A DNA stretch of 33,145 nt from contig CAZKOE010000004.1 in assembly GCA_964554305.1 (NCBI GenBank), positions 1 to 33,145 of the forward strand. Reading direction: 5' to 3'. Shown here in pieces: positions 1-12,607 of this stretch (position 1 is its first letter; each line of letters opens with the position of its first letter). The DNA comes from an uncultured Gammaproteobacteria bacterium (GTDB taxonomy: Bacteria; Pseudomonadota; Gammaproteobacteria; JAKDMP01). The notes beneath the pieces were generated by a model. The model ran no database searches. It was not told the origin of the DNA and saw nothing but the letters and a program-made list of their open reading frames with translations. A program made the translations under genes and the position numbers.

Positions 1-904
1 GGATCTCGATCGTCATCGCCCGGCTCACCACGTCGCGCGAGGCGAGATCCTTCGCATGCGGCGCGTAACGTTCCATGAAGCGCTCGCCCTCGGCGTTGGT
101 AAGGTAGCCGCCTTCGCCGCGCGAACCCTCGGTAATCAGGCAGCCCGAACCGTAAATCCCGGTGGGGTGAAACTGCACGAACTCCATGTCCTGCAACGGC
201 AGGCCCGCGCGGAGCACCATCCCGCCACCGTCGCCGGTGCAGGTATGCGCCGAGGTGCAGGAGAAGTACGCCCGCCCGTAGCCACCGGTGGCGAGAACGA
301 CGCGCTGGGCGGCGAAGCGATGAAGCTTGCCCGTCATCAAATCCCAGGCCAGAAGCCCGCGGCAAACGCCCTCTTCCATCAGGAGATCGAGCGCGAAGCA
401 TTCGATGAAAAACTCCGCCTTGTGCTTGAGCGATTGCTGGTAGAGCGTATGCAGCATCGCGTGGCCGGTGCGATCGGCCGCGGCGCAGGTGCGATGCGCG
501 GTGCCCTCGCCGAAGTGCGTGGTCATGCCGCCGAAGGGCCGTTGATAAATCTTGCCTTCTTCGGTGCGCGAGAACGGCAGGCCGTAGTGCTCGAGTTCGA
601 CCACGGCGGCCGGCGCCTCGCGGCACATGTATTCGATCGCGTCCTGGTCGCCCAGCCAGTCGCCGCCCTTGACGGTGTCGTACATGTGCCAGCGCCAGTC
701 GTCCTCGCCCATGTTGCCGAGCGAGGCGGCCATCCCGCCCTGCGCGGCGACCGTGTGGCTGCGCGTCGGAAAAACCTTGGTGACGCAGGCGGTCTTGAGT
801 CCCGCCTCGGCGAGTCCCAGCGTCGCGCGCAAGCCCGCTCCACCCGCACCCACGACGACCACATCGTAGCTGTGGTTGATGACCTCGTAATCGCCGCTTG
901 TCAC
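1..904 (-). CDS. sdhA: Succinate dehydrogenase flavoprotein subunit (5' part; runs off window)
   Basis: Read manually from GTG at 904: [27 protein letters not shown]...[16 protein letters not shown] (FAD-binding GxGxxG, covalent-FAD His motif); follows sdhCD. Confidence 0.96.
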   Translation of the reverse strand, partial: MTSGDYEVINHSYDVVVVGAGGAGLRATLGLAEAGLKTACVTKVFPTRSHTVAAQGGMAASLGNMGEDDWRWHMYDTVKGGDWLGDQDAIEYMCREAPAAVVELEHYGLPFSRTEEGKIYQRPFGGMTTHFGEGTAHRTCAAADRTGHAMLHTLYQQSLKHKAEFFIECFALDLLMEEGVCRGLLAWDLMTGKLHRFAAQRVVLATGGYGRAYFSCTSAHTCTGDGGGMVLRAGLPLQDMEFVQFHPTGIYGSGCLITEGSRGEGGYLTNAEGERFMERYAPHAKDLASRDVVSRAMTIEI

Positions 905-905
905 G

Positions 906-1286
906 TCAGAAACTCCTGAAACCGGCCATCGCGGCGGCGATGATGCCGAGCAACGCGAGCGCGATGCTCAAAAACCTGACGAGAGCGATGCAAACGAAAG
1001 CCTTGCCCGGAGACAGGTAATCCTCGATCACGACCTTGAGTCCGAGGTAGCCGTGCCAATACACGACGGCGACCAGCAACACCGCAAAGAGCAACACCCA
1101 GGGCCGGTGCATGAGCGCGAAGACCGGGTAGTAGCCGGTGCGCATGAGCCAGAAAAAGAGCACCGCAGCCGCCAGGCCGAGCGGAATCATCGCCAGCGCG
1201 GTTGCCCGCTGCAGCAGCCAGTGGGAGGTGCCGTTTTTGGCCGAACCCTTGCCTCTTGCAATGCCGAGATCGGAACGATACTTCAC
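906..1286 (-). CDS. sdhD: Succinate dehydrogenase membrane anchor subunit
   Basis: [17 protein letters not shown]...[14 protein letters not shown]; GTG start at 1286 overlaps the sdhC stop (GTGA). Confidence 0.93.
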   Translation of the reverse strand: MKYRSDLGIARGKGSAKNGTSHWLLQRATALAMIPLGLAAAVLFFWLMRTGYYPVFALMHRPWVLLFAVLLVAVVYWHGYLGLKVVIEDYLSPGKAFVCIALVRFLSIALALLGIIAAAMAGFRSF

Positions 1287-1705
1287 AGCACGCCCCCGGC
1301 GATCAACCAGCCGAAGGCCCAGGCCGCGGCGGTCAGAACCAGTGCGCCCAGAACGACGAGCCAGCCGCTCACCCGATATTGAAGCGCTCCGCGTTTGGCG
1401 TGAACGGGCTTGTCGAAACCATGCCCGGTATCCCAGACCAGGTGGCGCACGCCGTTCAGCAGATGATAGAAAAACGCGAGGCTCCACAGGCAGAGCAGCG
1501 CCTGTCCCACCCAGAAATGAAAGAACCAGCGCGCCGTCGCGAAGGCATGCGGCCCGAGCGCAAGCGCGACGAGCCAGTACGTCAGCCCGAGCGCTCCGGT
1601 ATAAAGTATGATCCCCGACGCTCGATGCAGGATCGAGAGCGTCATCGTGATCCGCCAGCGATAGATCCCGAGATGTGGAGAGATGGGCCGCGTGTCAGAA
1701 ATCAA
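1283..1705 (-). CDS. sdhC: Succinate dehydrogenase cytochrome b556 subunit
   Basis: RPISPHLGIY...SILHRASG...YHLLNGVRHLVWD; probable TTG start at 1705 after AAGGGG (start inferred). Confidence 0.93.
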   Translation of the reverse strand: MISDTRPISPHLGIYRWRITMTLSILHRASGIILYTGALGLTYWLVALALGPHAFATARWFFHFWVGQALLCLWSLAFFYHLLNGVRHLVWDTGHGFDKPVHAKRGALQYRVSGWLVVLGALVLTAAAWAFGWLIAGGVL

Positions 1706-1895
1706 TGCAGCGCCCCTTTCGCTCCCAGTCGCCATAGCGCGTCGGTTCGGGACCACTCGGCCCGCCGAACTCGCGTACGCCGCCGGCATCGCGGTTCGAA
1801 TCGACCGTGCGGGAGTTGCAATCGTCACCTCGGTTCCCGCGGCTGTCACGATCGCCCGATTGTTCGGATTGTAAAGCGATGTGCTCCGTTTTCAT
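1695..1895 (-). CDS. DUF1674 / SDHAF4-like SDH assembly factor
   Basis: C-terminal EFGGPSGPEPTRYGDWERKGRCIDF signature, directly upstream of sdhC. Confidence 0.9.
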   Translation of the reverse strand: MKTEHIALQSEQSGDRDSRGNRGDDCNSRTVDSNRDAGGVREFGGPSGPEPTRYGDWERKGRCIDF

Positions 1896-2605
1896 GCCGG
1901 AGATTCTATCATCTTGCGCCCGGCAAGTACCGCCTCGGCCAATGACGAATCCTCCGGACGCGTTACCTTCAAGTTGCTCTCCAGGGCAGCGACAAGCCGC
2001 GGCGCGAAGCCTGCATGCTCCATGGCCATCGCCTCATCGGTCACCTCGAAGCCGGCGGCCGCGGCGGCGTCAAGCGCGCGGCGCAGCAGCCCGAAACGAA
2101 ACATCTGCGGTGTCTGCGCCCGCCACAAACGATCGCGTTCAATCGTTTCCGCGATGATGCTCCCGGCGGCGTCTGCGCGCTTCAGGGTATCGGCGAGGGG
2201 CGCGGCAAGAATACCGCCGACCGGCTCGTCGCGAAGTGCCGCGATCAACCGTTCGAGATCGCCGCCGGAAAGGCAGGGCCGGGCCGCATCGTGGACGAGT
2301 ACCCAATCGTCGTCGCCAAGCCGATTCGCCATGGCCTCGAGCGCGGCGGCAACCGATGCCGCGCGGCTGGCGCCACCGGTCACGGTGAGCAACGGTTTCG
2401 CGGGATGACCGGGAGCGACTCGCGGCCATTCTTCGTCGTCCGCCGCCAGCGCCACCGCCACCCCGTCTATCGCGGGCGAAGCGAGGAACGGTGCAAGACT
2501 GTGCGCCAGCATCGGCTGGCCCGCAAGCGGCAGGTACTGCTTCGGGCGGCCCGCCCCGAAACGTTCGCCCCTGCCCGCCGCCGGAATGATCGCCCACATC
2601 GCCAT
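1892..2605 (-). CDS. ispD: 2-C-methyl-D-erythritol 4-phosphate cytidylyltransferase
   Basis: AIIPAAGRGERFG..PKQY, VLVHDAARP, RAQTPQMF, NLKVT motifs; start set at ATG 2605 (2599 also possible). Confidence 0.95.
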   Translation of the reverse strand: MAMWAIIPAAGRGERFGAGRPKQYLPLAGQPMLAHSLAPFLASPAIDGVAVALAADDEEWPRVAPGHPAKPLLTVTGGASRAASVAAALEAMANRLGDDDWVLVHDAARPCLSGGDLERLIAALRDEPVGGILAAPLADTLKRADAAGSIIAETIERDRLWRAQTPQMFRFGLLRRALDAAAAAGFEVTDEAMAMEHAGFAPRLVAALESNLKVTRPEDSSLAEAVLAGRKMIESPA

Positions 2606-2719
2606 CGTTACATTCCGTTCAAAAATGCGGACCGGAAAGCACACGGGAGAAGCCGCGTGTCTCCGACACTCCGACTCCGGTACCGGGAAAGGTTCGTGGC
2701 TCGCGCCGGCAGGCTCATT

Positions 2720-3051
2720 CTACTTGCCGGTAGCGGGTGCCGGCGCCCGCGTCCTGGCCGGCTTTGCGACGCTCGCCGGCGCACGCACGATCTGGTAAAA
2801 GGTTTCGCCGCGCTTGACCCAGCCGAGGTCCGTACGCGCATGCTCTTCGATGGCCGCGCCGCCCGCCTTGAGCGCCTTGACTTCCTGCAGACGTTCGGCA
2901 TTTTCCCGGGCGAGTTTTGCGTTTGCCTGCCTGCGCTTGGCGATCTCGGTGTTGAGCTGCCAACCGTAAGGCAAGCCGCTGGCCGTGGACCAAAGCCCCC
3001 GTTGCAGGAAAATGAAGCACACGACCAGCGCGACGACAACCAGCCAGCGCA

Positions 3052-3055
<4 letters not shown>
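2720..3055 (-). CDS. ftsB: Cell division protein FtsB (septum formation initiator)
   Basis: N-terminal TM, coiled coil, [19 protein letters not shown]; usual position upstream of ispD. Confidence 0.9.
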
Positions 3056-5783
<2,728 letters not shown>

Positions 5784-5804
5784 AGCGGTAACCGACCTGT
5801 CCAA

Positions 5805-8800
5805 CTATGGACTATGGGCGGGGGCGGCGAGACCGATGAACTCCACCAGGCCGCGATCGTTGGGCGCGTTGCTGGTGGTCCAGATGTTACCGGCCGCGTC
5901 AATCGCGATGCCGCGCGGCCAGGCGAGCCCCGCACCCGCGTAGCCGCCTTGCAGGCTTGTCGCCGGAGCCGGCGGCGAGATCGCGGTCACCGTCGGTGGA
6001 CTGTTACTGTAATCGGCAGCGAATGCGCTGATCGAATGACCGAAGCCGTTCGCAATCCAGGCATCGCCCGCGCTGTCCACGGCGATCGCCATCGGGCCGT
6101 CGAGCCCGGCGCCGGTGACGGAGGTCGACGCCGACGAAGGATCGAACACGGTCACGGAATTCTGGTTGTTATTGGCAAGCCAAGTGCCGCTGACACCGCT
6201 GGAAACGGCGATGCCCACCGGACCGCTCAACGCGGACGCGGAAAAGCAATTAAGGCCGCTTAAGGATAAGGACTGGGCTGCGCAAAAGCTCCCATTTGCA
6301 TGATTCGCAATCAAAACCAAAATACCAACCGGGGATGTCCCCGCGGCCACACCGACGGGGTCGTCGAGATTGACGCTGGTGAGGGAAGTGGGCAGAGGAG
6401 AGCTTCCCGTCGCATTCACCTTGATGAGTGTATGCTCACCGACAGTCCAGACGATGCCGGGGGTGACGCCGGCGGCAAGGGCGGTAGGCGCGCTGGCGGG
6501 AACGCTCGTGAGGAAGCTGCCGTTGTCGGCATCGAATTCCGCGAGGTTGCCGCCCGCGTGGTTCGCCACCCAGATATGGCTCGCGCCATCGGCCACGACG
6601 GCCACGGGCCCGTCGAGATCACCCGACCCAAACGGGCTTCCGGCAACCGGCGTGCCCTGGGCATCGAACTCACTCAACGTGTTGTCCTCGTAGTTCACGA
6701 CCCAGATATTGCCGTTCTTGTCCACGGCAAGCGCGGCGGGGCCCTGCACGCCGAGATGTTGAAGCAGGTTCGCCGCCTTGGGGCTGCCCCAGCCGGTGGG
6801 ATGATCCCAGCCCGTCCCGGCGCAGGAATCCATGGAGCCGCCGGGAGTGCCCGGCAACCAGCCGTTGCAGCCGCTGGTGACGTCGCGGAAGTCCGTTGCG
6901 TAATGCGCGTTGGCGTCGTTGTAGATTTGCTCGTTCGACTGGCCGAGGCGAATCAGGCCCGGTTGGTGGGAAACGCCCACGGCAAACATCCCCGCCAGCA
7001 TCGGCGCGACGGCGCTCGTGCCATAGGCAAGAAAGTAGTAGTAACCCGGCCCGCTTGGTCCGCTGGCGGTGTAGTCCAGCGTCACATAAGGATGGGTGGA
7101 TCCTGCATTGAGCGAGAGATCGGAATTGTTGCGATGGCCGTTTTGCGGCACGCCGTTGCCCACCTGCCAGAACGGCTCGGCGAAAATCTGACTGACCCCG
7201 CCGCCGGTGCCCCAACCGGCCAGAGGGCTATTGAATATCCACGCGGTCTCGCCCCAATAAGTCCCGCTGGTGTCGGCAATGGAAAGCACGGTGCCGTTGG
7301 CCGACGTGATCCACTGGCTGGAAGACGGATAGTCGGCGTTGTTGTTCGTGCCATTGAAGCAATTGTCGCCCGAACCGTGATCGCCAGCCGCCGCAAACAT
7401 CGAAATCCCCTGCGCCGCCGCCTGCAGGAAGATCGGCTCGTCGGTCTGGACGAAATAATGGGGACCTTGAGCATCGCAGACACCCCAACTCGTCGTCATC
7501 ACCTGAGCAAGGTTGTCGGTCACCACCTGGTTGTAGGCGGTCGTGGCCGTGAGAAGGCTCGGGGTGGCAGTGATATACACACGGATCGCCGCGCCTGGCG
7601 CCATCGCCCCGCTCCACTCGACATCGAGTACGGTTTCCGCCTGCCCGGCCGTGGACGCCGGCGGCCCGCCCACCGCGACGGTCGTGATGGCGTGCGCGGG
7701 CAACCCGTAAGCCGACCAGAACAGAGCGGGCCCGTTGAAATTGCCGCCGCCCGTCAGTTTGCTCGCGGCGGTGACGATCGCAATCGTGACGCCGGCACCG
7801 TTGGCCGTGTCGGTCACGCTCGGCCAGTCGTAGGCCTGCTGAATCTGGCAGGGATTGAAGTAGTTGGTGGAATCCGGGATTGGAGTCGAACAGGCACCGG
7901 CCGCCGGGCTCGGAACCGAGCCGCGTGCCGCGAACGCGAGTGGCAGCGACTTGATATGCGAGTGCGGGTGCATCTGCACGCCATGGTTGAGGCCGAGGAT
8001 GCCGGTCAGCCGCCCGGCGACCGCGCGCGGCAGCGTTGGGCTGTCCGTCGTGCTGTAGAACTCGCGCCCGTTCATGCGGTAGTCGTTGACGTGAATGCCG
8101 AGCGCCTGCTCGTATGCACCGGTGCTGGCCTCGGTGTGAATCAACGTGCGGTTGGAGGAGACCTTGAGCACGCGGATACCGCGGCTTTGCAGCCAATCGG
8201 TCACGGTGGCCACGTCGCTCGCGCTCGGCCCGTACAGCGCAGTGAATTGTTGCGGCGTCAGGAAATGCCGATAGGTCGGACTCGCCGGATCGGCAACGTC
8301 ACGCAGGAAGTGCTTGAGCGCCGCGACGTTGCGCAGCTTCAATCCGAAGGTCAGCTTGATCGGCGCGCTTGCAGTATGCGCACCGAGCAGCGTCGCATGG
8401 TTCTCCAGCAAACTCACGCTGCTTTGCGGCGCGAGTCGCAGTTCGGCACCGCTGCCGCTCGGCGCGAAGTCGCTCGCCTCGGGGCCGGTGTAGGCTGCCA
8501 GTCGGGCCTGCGCCTGCGCCGCCGCGACGGCCGGACTCGGGTTGAGACCGCCGCCGGTGAAACGCAGCGCGAGCGTCCAGGCCCGCGGCGCACTGGCAAG
8601 CGCAGGCGCATAAATCGGCGTGGCCGAAGCCCCCAGATTGAAGATCGCCGTGCCCTGGTTGCGGACCTCGCCAACGTCGGCAATATTCTTCATCGCATAC
8701 AACACCAGGCTCGGCGTCGTGCCGCCACTGGGCGTGGCGGCCGAAAAGAGGTTCGTGCAGGCCGCGGCGCCGGCGCTCTGCTGATTGACGCAGAAGGCGG

Positions 8801-9521
8801 CAATGTTCGCGAGTGTGTCCATGCGCCTGAGCGCCTCGCAGTTCACCGGATCGCCGCTACCGGTACAGGAAGCGCCCTCGTCGGTGCCCGGCACACGCGC
8901 GGTCCCGGTCGCCGGATCCACCAGATTGAGGAAGGTCTTCGCCGCCTGCGCCTGGCCGGCACCGGGCCCCGTGATGCCCGCAGCGCCGAAGAAATTCCCC
9001 GCGCTGTAAACCGCTGCAACGGTGGTCAACTCGTTGACGTTGACAAAGCCGGGGAAATTGCAGCCGTCGCCACCTGAGCAGTAAGCGCCCGCGATGGTCA
9101 TCAGATAAATGGCGGCATTGCTGGATACACTCGGATCGCCGCCCAGCGAGTTGCCCCCATGGGCCGTGACATAGATGATCGCCCCGTTCGCGGGTACGGG
9201 CGAGAAACTGGCAATGCTGAACTGCCCGTTGGCGCCCGTGATTGCGGTGCCGATAGTCGCCGCGAGCGTCGCCGTCGCCGCGTCGGGCGCCACGGCGTAA
9301 ACCGTGACGAAGGCGCCCTTGATCGGCTGGCGTCCGCCGAAGACGCTACCGTGAAAAACGGCGGCCTGCGCCACCGGCGCCGACGCGCTCGACTGCTCGC
9401 TCGAGTGCGACGGGCAGCCCGCAAGAAGCCCGGTACCCGCAATCAACGCGGCGCCCGCCGCCATCGTAACGGCCCACGCTACAAAAGAATTCCGTGCTGT
9501 CACAAATGAAAACTTGAACAT
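5805..9521 (-). CDS. Lipoprotein: shared N-domain + inserted S53 (sedolisin) pro/catalytic domains + NHL-like propeller
   Basis: Lipobox LAGC; GSVFGGRQP and VNELTTVA; pro-domain FLTPQQF..YGP; ETVLD, AAAGDHGS, GTSAVAP, WDHPTGWGSP; AVD..GNIW repeats; ends EFIGLAAP. Confidence 0.88.
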   Translation of the reverse strand: MFKFSFVTARNSFVAWAVTMAAGAALIAGTGLLAGCPSHSSEQSSASAPVAQAAVFHGSVFGGRQPIKGAFVTVYAVAPDAATATLAATIGTAITGANGQFSIASFSPVPANGAIIYVTAHGGNSLGGDPSVSSNAAIYLMTIAGAYCSGGDGCNFPGFVNVNELTTVAAVYSAGNFFGAAGITGPGAGQAQAAKTFLNLVDPATGTARVPGTDEGASCTGSGDPVNCEALRRMDTLANIAAFCVNQQSAGAAACTNLFSAATPSGGTTPSLVLYAMKNIADVGEVRNQGTAIFNLGASATPIYAPALASAPRAWTLALRFTGGGLNPSPAVAAAQAQARLAAYTGPEASDFAPSGSGAELRLAPQSSVSLLENHATLLGAHTASAPIKLTFGLKLRNVAALKHFLRDVADPASPTYRHFLTPQQFTALYGPSASDVATVTDWLQSRGIRVLKVSSNRTLIHTEASTGAYEQALGIHVNDYRMNGREFYSTTDSPTLPRAVAGRLTGILGLNHGVQMHPHSHIKSLPLAFAARGSVPSPAAGACSTPIPDSTNYFNPCQIQQAYDWPSVTDTANGAGVTIAIVTAASKLTGGGNFNGPALFWSAYGLPAHAITTVAVGGPPASTAGQAETVLDVEWSGAMAPGAAIRVYITATPSLLTATTAYNQVVTDNLAQVMTTSWGVCDAQGPHYFVQTDEPIFLQAAAQGISMFAAAGDHGSGDNCFNGTNNNADYPSSSQWITSANGTVLSIADTSGTYWGETAWIFNSPLAGWGTGGGVSQIFAEPFWQVGNGVPQNGHRNNSDLSLNAGSTHPYVTLDYTASGPSGPGYYYFLAYGTSAVAPMLAGMFAVGVSHQPGLIRLGQSNEQIYNDANAHYATDFRDVTSGCNGWLPGTPGGSMDSCAGTGWDHPTGWGSPKAANLLQHLGVQGPAALAVDKNGNIWVVNYEDNTLSEFDAQGTPVAGSPFGSGDLDGPVAVVADGASHIWVANHAGGNLAEFDADNGSFLTSVPASAPTALAAGVTPGIVWTVGEHTLIKVNATGSSPLPTSLTSVNLDDPVGVAAGTSPVGILVLIANHANGSFCAAQSLSLSGLNCFSASALSGPVGIAVSSGVSGTWLANNNQNSVTVFDPSSASTSVTGAGLDGPMAIAVDSAGDAWIANGFGHSISAFAADYSNSPPTVTAISPPAPATSLQGGYAGAGLAWPRGIAIDAAGNIWTTSNAPNDRGLVEFIGLAAPAHSP

Positions 9522-9696
9522 GGCTCACCTCCGCCTTTCGGATCAACCCGGTGGGCCGCCACGGAACAGGCTCAAGCCAAGGGGATTTCAGCCGCCTCTT
9601 GCCCGCACCCTGCCCACTTGCATACGCGAACCGTTTTGCGGCCGCGCTCCAAACCGCATCGCCGCACTCGCCAGGACGGGCAGGCGGCATCCGCGA

Positions 9697-9805
9697 GCTT
9701 GGCCGGGGTCGGGCTTGTAATCACCTCCGCTGCCCGCATCCGGGCTGGGGATTCTGGCCGGGGCCTCGACACCGCCTTCCTCCTGATGCGGCGCCGATTT
9801 CAAGC
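9697..9805 (-). ncRNA. Structured 5'-leader RNA motif, copy A (candidate riboswitch/cis-regulator)
   Basis: GCTTGAAA-TCGGCGCCGC/GCGGTGTCGA-GGCCCCGGCCAGAA-TCC..GCCCG/CGGGC..GGA-GGTGATTACAAGCCCGACCCCGGCCAAGC; closing stem extends to 9691/9813. Confidence 0.75.
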
Positions 9806-9814
9806 TTTCGCGGC

Positions 9815-9842
9815 ATTATAAACCAGCTCCCTGAAAACGCAA
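9815..9842 (-). promoter_or_regulatory. Sigma70-like promoter upstream of motif A
   Basis: TTGCGT-16 nt-TATAAT. Confidence 0.7.
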
Positions 9843-9897
9843 GCATCCGCATGACTCCAGGACATAAGGACACAACAGGGAAGGTTGATTAAGCAAC

Positions 9898-9944
9898 GCA
9901 AAAGCCGACGGCAAGGCCCACCCGGGGCGTCGGGTTTCACCGCG
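9898..9944 (-). terminator. Possible intrinsic terminator after 9992..12577
   Basis: CCGACG...CGTCGG stem followed by CTTTTG; imperfect. Confidence 0.4.
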
Positions 9945-9991
9945 TTCAGGCCAGCAACCGGCAATGCGAAACAGAAACAGTTCCCCCGGGA

Positions 9992-12577
9992 TCAGGGGGC
10001 GATCGGAAGGCCTGAAAGCGGCGTTTTCACCGGCGCGGCGATGCCGATGAACTTGACCAGCTTGGGCGGCGCCGAGGAAACCATCCACAGATTGCCGGAG
10101 GCGTCTATCGCGACGCCCTCGGGCAGATTGATGCCAGGATTGCGGTAGCCGTTCGCCGGGCTGAGAGCACTTCCGTCCGCCGTCGCGAGTTCGGTCAGGC
10201 TGTTGCCGTGGTAGTTGCTGATAAAGATATGCCCGGCGCTGTCCACGGCCGCGATGCTGGCCGCATACAATCCCCCGCCCATGAACCCGTCCACCGGCGA
10301 AAGCGGGCAACCGGTATCGCCCGGTCCGGGATGCCTGGGACAGGTCGCGGGGGGCGTGTTGCCGCCCACGAGTTCGGTAACGGCGCTGCCGTTGGCGGGA
10401 TAATGCGGGCCGAAGAAATTCGGTACCCACACATTGCCGTCCGCATCCAGCGCAAGACTATCGGGCTCGTTCAACCCTCCACCAGTGTAACCCGCCGCGG
10501 GTGAAAGCCACGTGGCGGCGCCGGGCGCAAACTCGCTCACGCTGAGACCGGCCTGGTTGGCGATCCACACGTCACCGAGCGCATCCACCGCTATCGATAT
10601 CGGCAACGAAATGCCCCCGCCGCGATACTGAGCGATTTCGGTACCGGAGGCGTCGAGATGAGTGAGCGAACTGTTGCCGAAATCGGCCACCCAGACAGTG
10701 CCGTCTTTCGCGATCGCGACTCCATACGGCCCCGGACTGGTGCCACTGATGGTATAGCCTTGCGCTGCGACGGGCGTGCCATCGGGCGCGAGTTCGGTGA
10801 CGATGGTGCCATTGCCGCCGTTCCAGTTGCCGATCCAAACGTTGCCGTTGCCGTCAATGGCGAGACCGGCGGAGCCACTCAAGCCGCCGCCGGTAAAGCC
10901 CGTGGGCGGCGACAGAGCCGTGCCGTCGGGCGCGAACTTGCTCACCTTGCCGTGCGGCGTAGCGGGCGGATCAGAGGGAATGTAATTGGTCACCCAGACA
11001 TTGCCCTCGGCGTCCACGGCAACGTTGCGCGCCGATCGCATGCCCCCGCCCGTGTAGACAAGGGCGAGGCTCCAGTCGTTCGGCGCCCGCGTCAACGCGG
11101 GCGAATACGCGGTCGCGGGCGCCGGAACCAGTTCGTAAACGCCGGCGCCGGCGCTGCGCAGCGCCGGTTGAGTGGCGATATGGAACAACGCGGCAAAAGT
11201 GTCGGTGACCGAACCGGCCCCGGCGAGCAAACCACTACAAGCCGTCGAGCCGGGGCCGGCGCTGGCCGTGCAGGCAGCGACAAAGTTTGCCAGTGTATTC
11301 AGTTTACGCAGCGCGTCGCAGTTGTCCGGCTCGTCATCGCCGCCGATGCAGAGTACCGTACTGGCGCCGGACACGGCGACCTTGCCGCTCGCGGCATTCA
11401 CCAGGGTAGCGAACGTAACAACGGCGTTGATGAGTCCCGGCCCCGACGCGGGGCCTGAGATATTGACAGTTCCGCCTGAAAGATCGGTGTAGCCCTCAAG
11501 ACTGTAGGCCGTGGCGACGCTCGTCAGCGGGTTGATCGTCACCGTGGAAGAAAAACCGCAGTCGCTGCCGCGGCAGAAACGGCCGGCAATGGTCGCAAGC
11601 CGGATCGCGTCATTGACGCCCGCACCCGCATCGCCGCCGCTCGCCACGGCATACACGACCTGGCCCGTGCCGGGCACCGAGTCAAATCCGACCTTGAATT
11701 TGCCGCTCGCATCCGTTTGTCCGACTCCGAGCAGAGTCGCCGGCGCATGCGGCGTGGGACTGGCCGCCCAGACCTTGACCGTCGCGCCATCCACGGGCCG
11801 ACCTCCACTCACGACCGCGCCCGCCAGCGAATGCGTCGCGGGCGGCGGGAGGGCGACAAAATGTACCGTCGCCGTACTGGGCGATTTCGTGCCGTTGACC
11901 GCGAAGCTCAACGTGATGTCTTCGGCGGCCTCGGATTTGAGGGTGCCCGTCACCCGGCCATTGTCGTTGGTGTAGTGGAGCGTGCAGATCGTGCAGGGAT
12001 CGGCGTTGATGTTCACCTTTGCCGAGCCCGTGAACGGTTGACCCTTGGTGTCCCTGAGAGTCACGGTAACGGCAGCAGCCGCCTTGCCGTCGGCCGTGAC
12101 GCTCGCCGGCACCGCCGTGATGGTGGATTTCGCCGCGCTCACCTGCGGGACGGCGACAAAGTGCACCGTCGCCGTGTTGGGCGATGCCGTGCCGTTGACC
12201 GTGAAGCTCAGCGTGATGTCTCCGGCAACCGCGGATTTGAGGGTGCCCGTCACCTGCCCATTGTCATTGGTATAGTGAAGCGTGCAACTCGCGCAGGGAT
12301 CGGCGCTGATATCCACGCTCGCCGAGCCCGTGAACGGTTGCCCCTTGGTGTCTTTGAGGGTTACGGTAATGGCCGCCGCGGCCCTGCCATCGGCCGTGAC
12401 GCTCGCCGGCACCGCCGTGATGGTGGACTTGGCCGCGCTCACCTGCGGCTTGGGCGGCGGGGGCTTGGGATTACTGCCACCGCCTCCGCCGCAACCGCCC
12501 AGCAAGACGACAAGTATGACCGTACCTGCCAGGGCAGAGAGCGAACGCCCTGTGCGCATGGAAAATCTGTTCTTCAT
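9992..12577 (-). CDS. Lipoprotein: two invasin/Big_1-like Ig domains + shared N-domain + NHL-like propeller
   Basis: Lipobox LGGC, Pro-rich linker, two 100-aa repeats (ADG..AAA.TVTL.D..GQP), GAVVSGGRP, TINPLTSVA, ends KFIGIAAPVKTP. Confidence 0.85.
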   Translation of the reverse strand: MKNRFSMRTGRSLSALAGTVILVVLLGGCGGGGGSNPKPPPPKPQVSAAKSTITAVPASVTADGRAAAAITVTLKDTKGQPFTGSASVDISADPCASCTLHYTNDNGQVTGTLKSAVAGDITLSFTVNGTASPNTATVHFVAVPQVSAAKSTITAVPASVTADGKAAAAVTVTLRDTKGQPFTGSAKVNINADPCTICTLHYTNDNGRVTGTLKSEAAEDITLSFAVNGTKSPSTATVHFVALPPPATHSLAGAVVSGGRPVDGATVKVWAASPTPHAPATLLGVGQTDASGKFKVGFDSVPGTGQVVYAVASGGDAGAGVNDAIRLATIAGRFCRGSDCGFSSTVTINPLTSVATAYSLEGYTDLSGGTVNISGPASGPGLINAVVTFATLVNAASGKVAVSGASTVLCIGGDDEPDNCDALRKLNTLANFVAACTASAGPGSTACSGLLAGAGSVTDTFAALFHIATQPALRSAGAGVYELVPAPATAYSPALTRAPNDWSLALVYTGGGMRSARNVAVDAEGNVWVTNYIPSDPPATPHGKVSKFAPDGTALSPPTGFTGGGLSGSAGLAIDGNGNVWIGNWNGGNGTIVTELAPDGTPVAAQGYTISGTSPGPYGVAIAKDGTVWVADFGNSSLTHLDASGTEIAQYRGGGISLPISIAVDALGDVWIANQAGLSVSEFAPGAATWLSPAAGYTGGGLNEPDSLALDADGNVWVPNFFGPHYPANGSAVTELVGGNTPPATCPRHPGPGDTGCPLSPVDGFMGGGLYAASIAAVDSAGHIFISNYHGNSLTELATADGSALSPANGYRNPGINLPEGVAIDASGNLWMVSSAPPKLVKFIGIAAPVKTPLSGLPIAP
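11849..12448 (-). repeat. 300-bp tandem duplication (two Ig-like domains)
   Basis: Sequence recurs with a 300-bp period (e.g. gggtgcccgtcacc at 11941 and 12241). Confidence 0.9.
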
Positions 12578-12607
12578 GTTGCCGGATACCTCGAATTTGT
12601 GGTTGGG

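Noticed and set aside
9697-9805. Motif as a twister or HDV-like ribozyme, or a c-di-GMP-I/II riboswitch
   Set aside because: Only short resemblances (YAAGCCC; GCGAAT on the plus strand in two copies). The required cleavage-site, pseudoknot or kink-turn elements are not evident, and G-U pairs fix the minus orientation.
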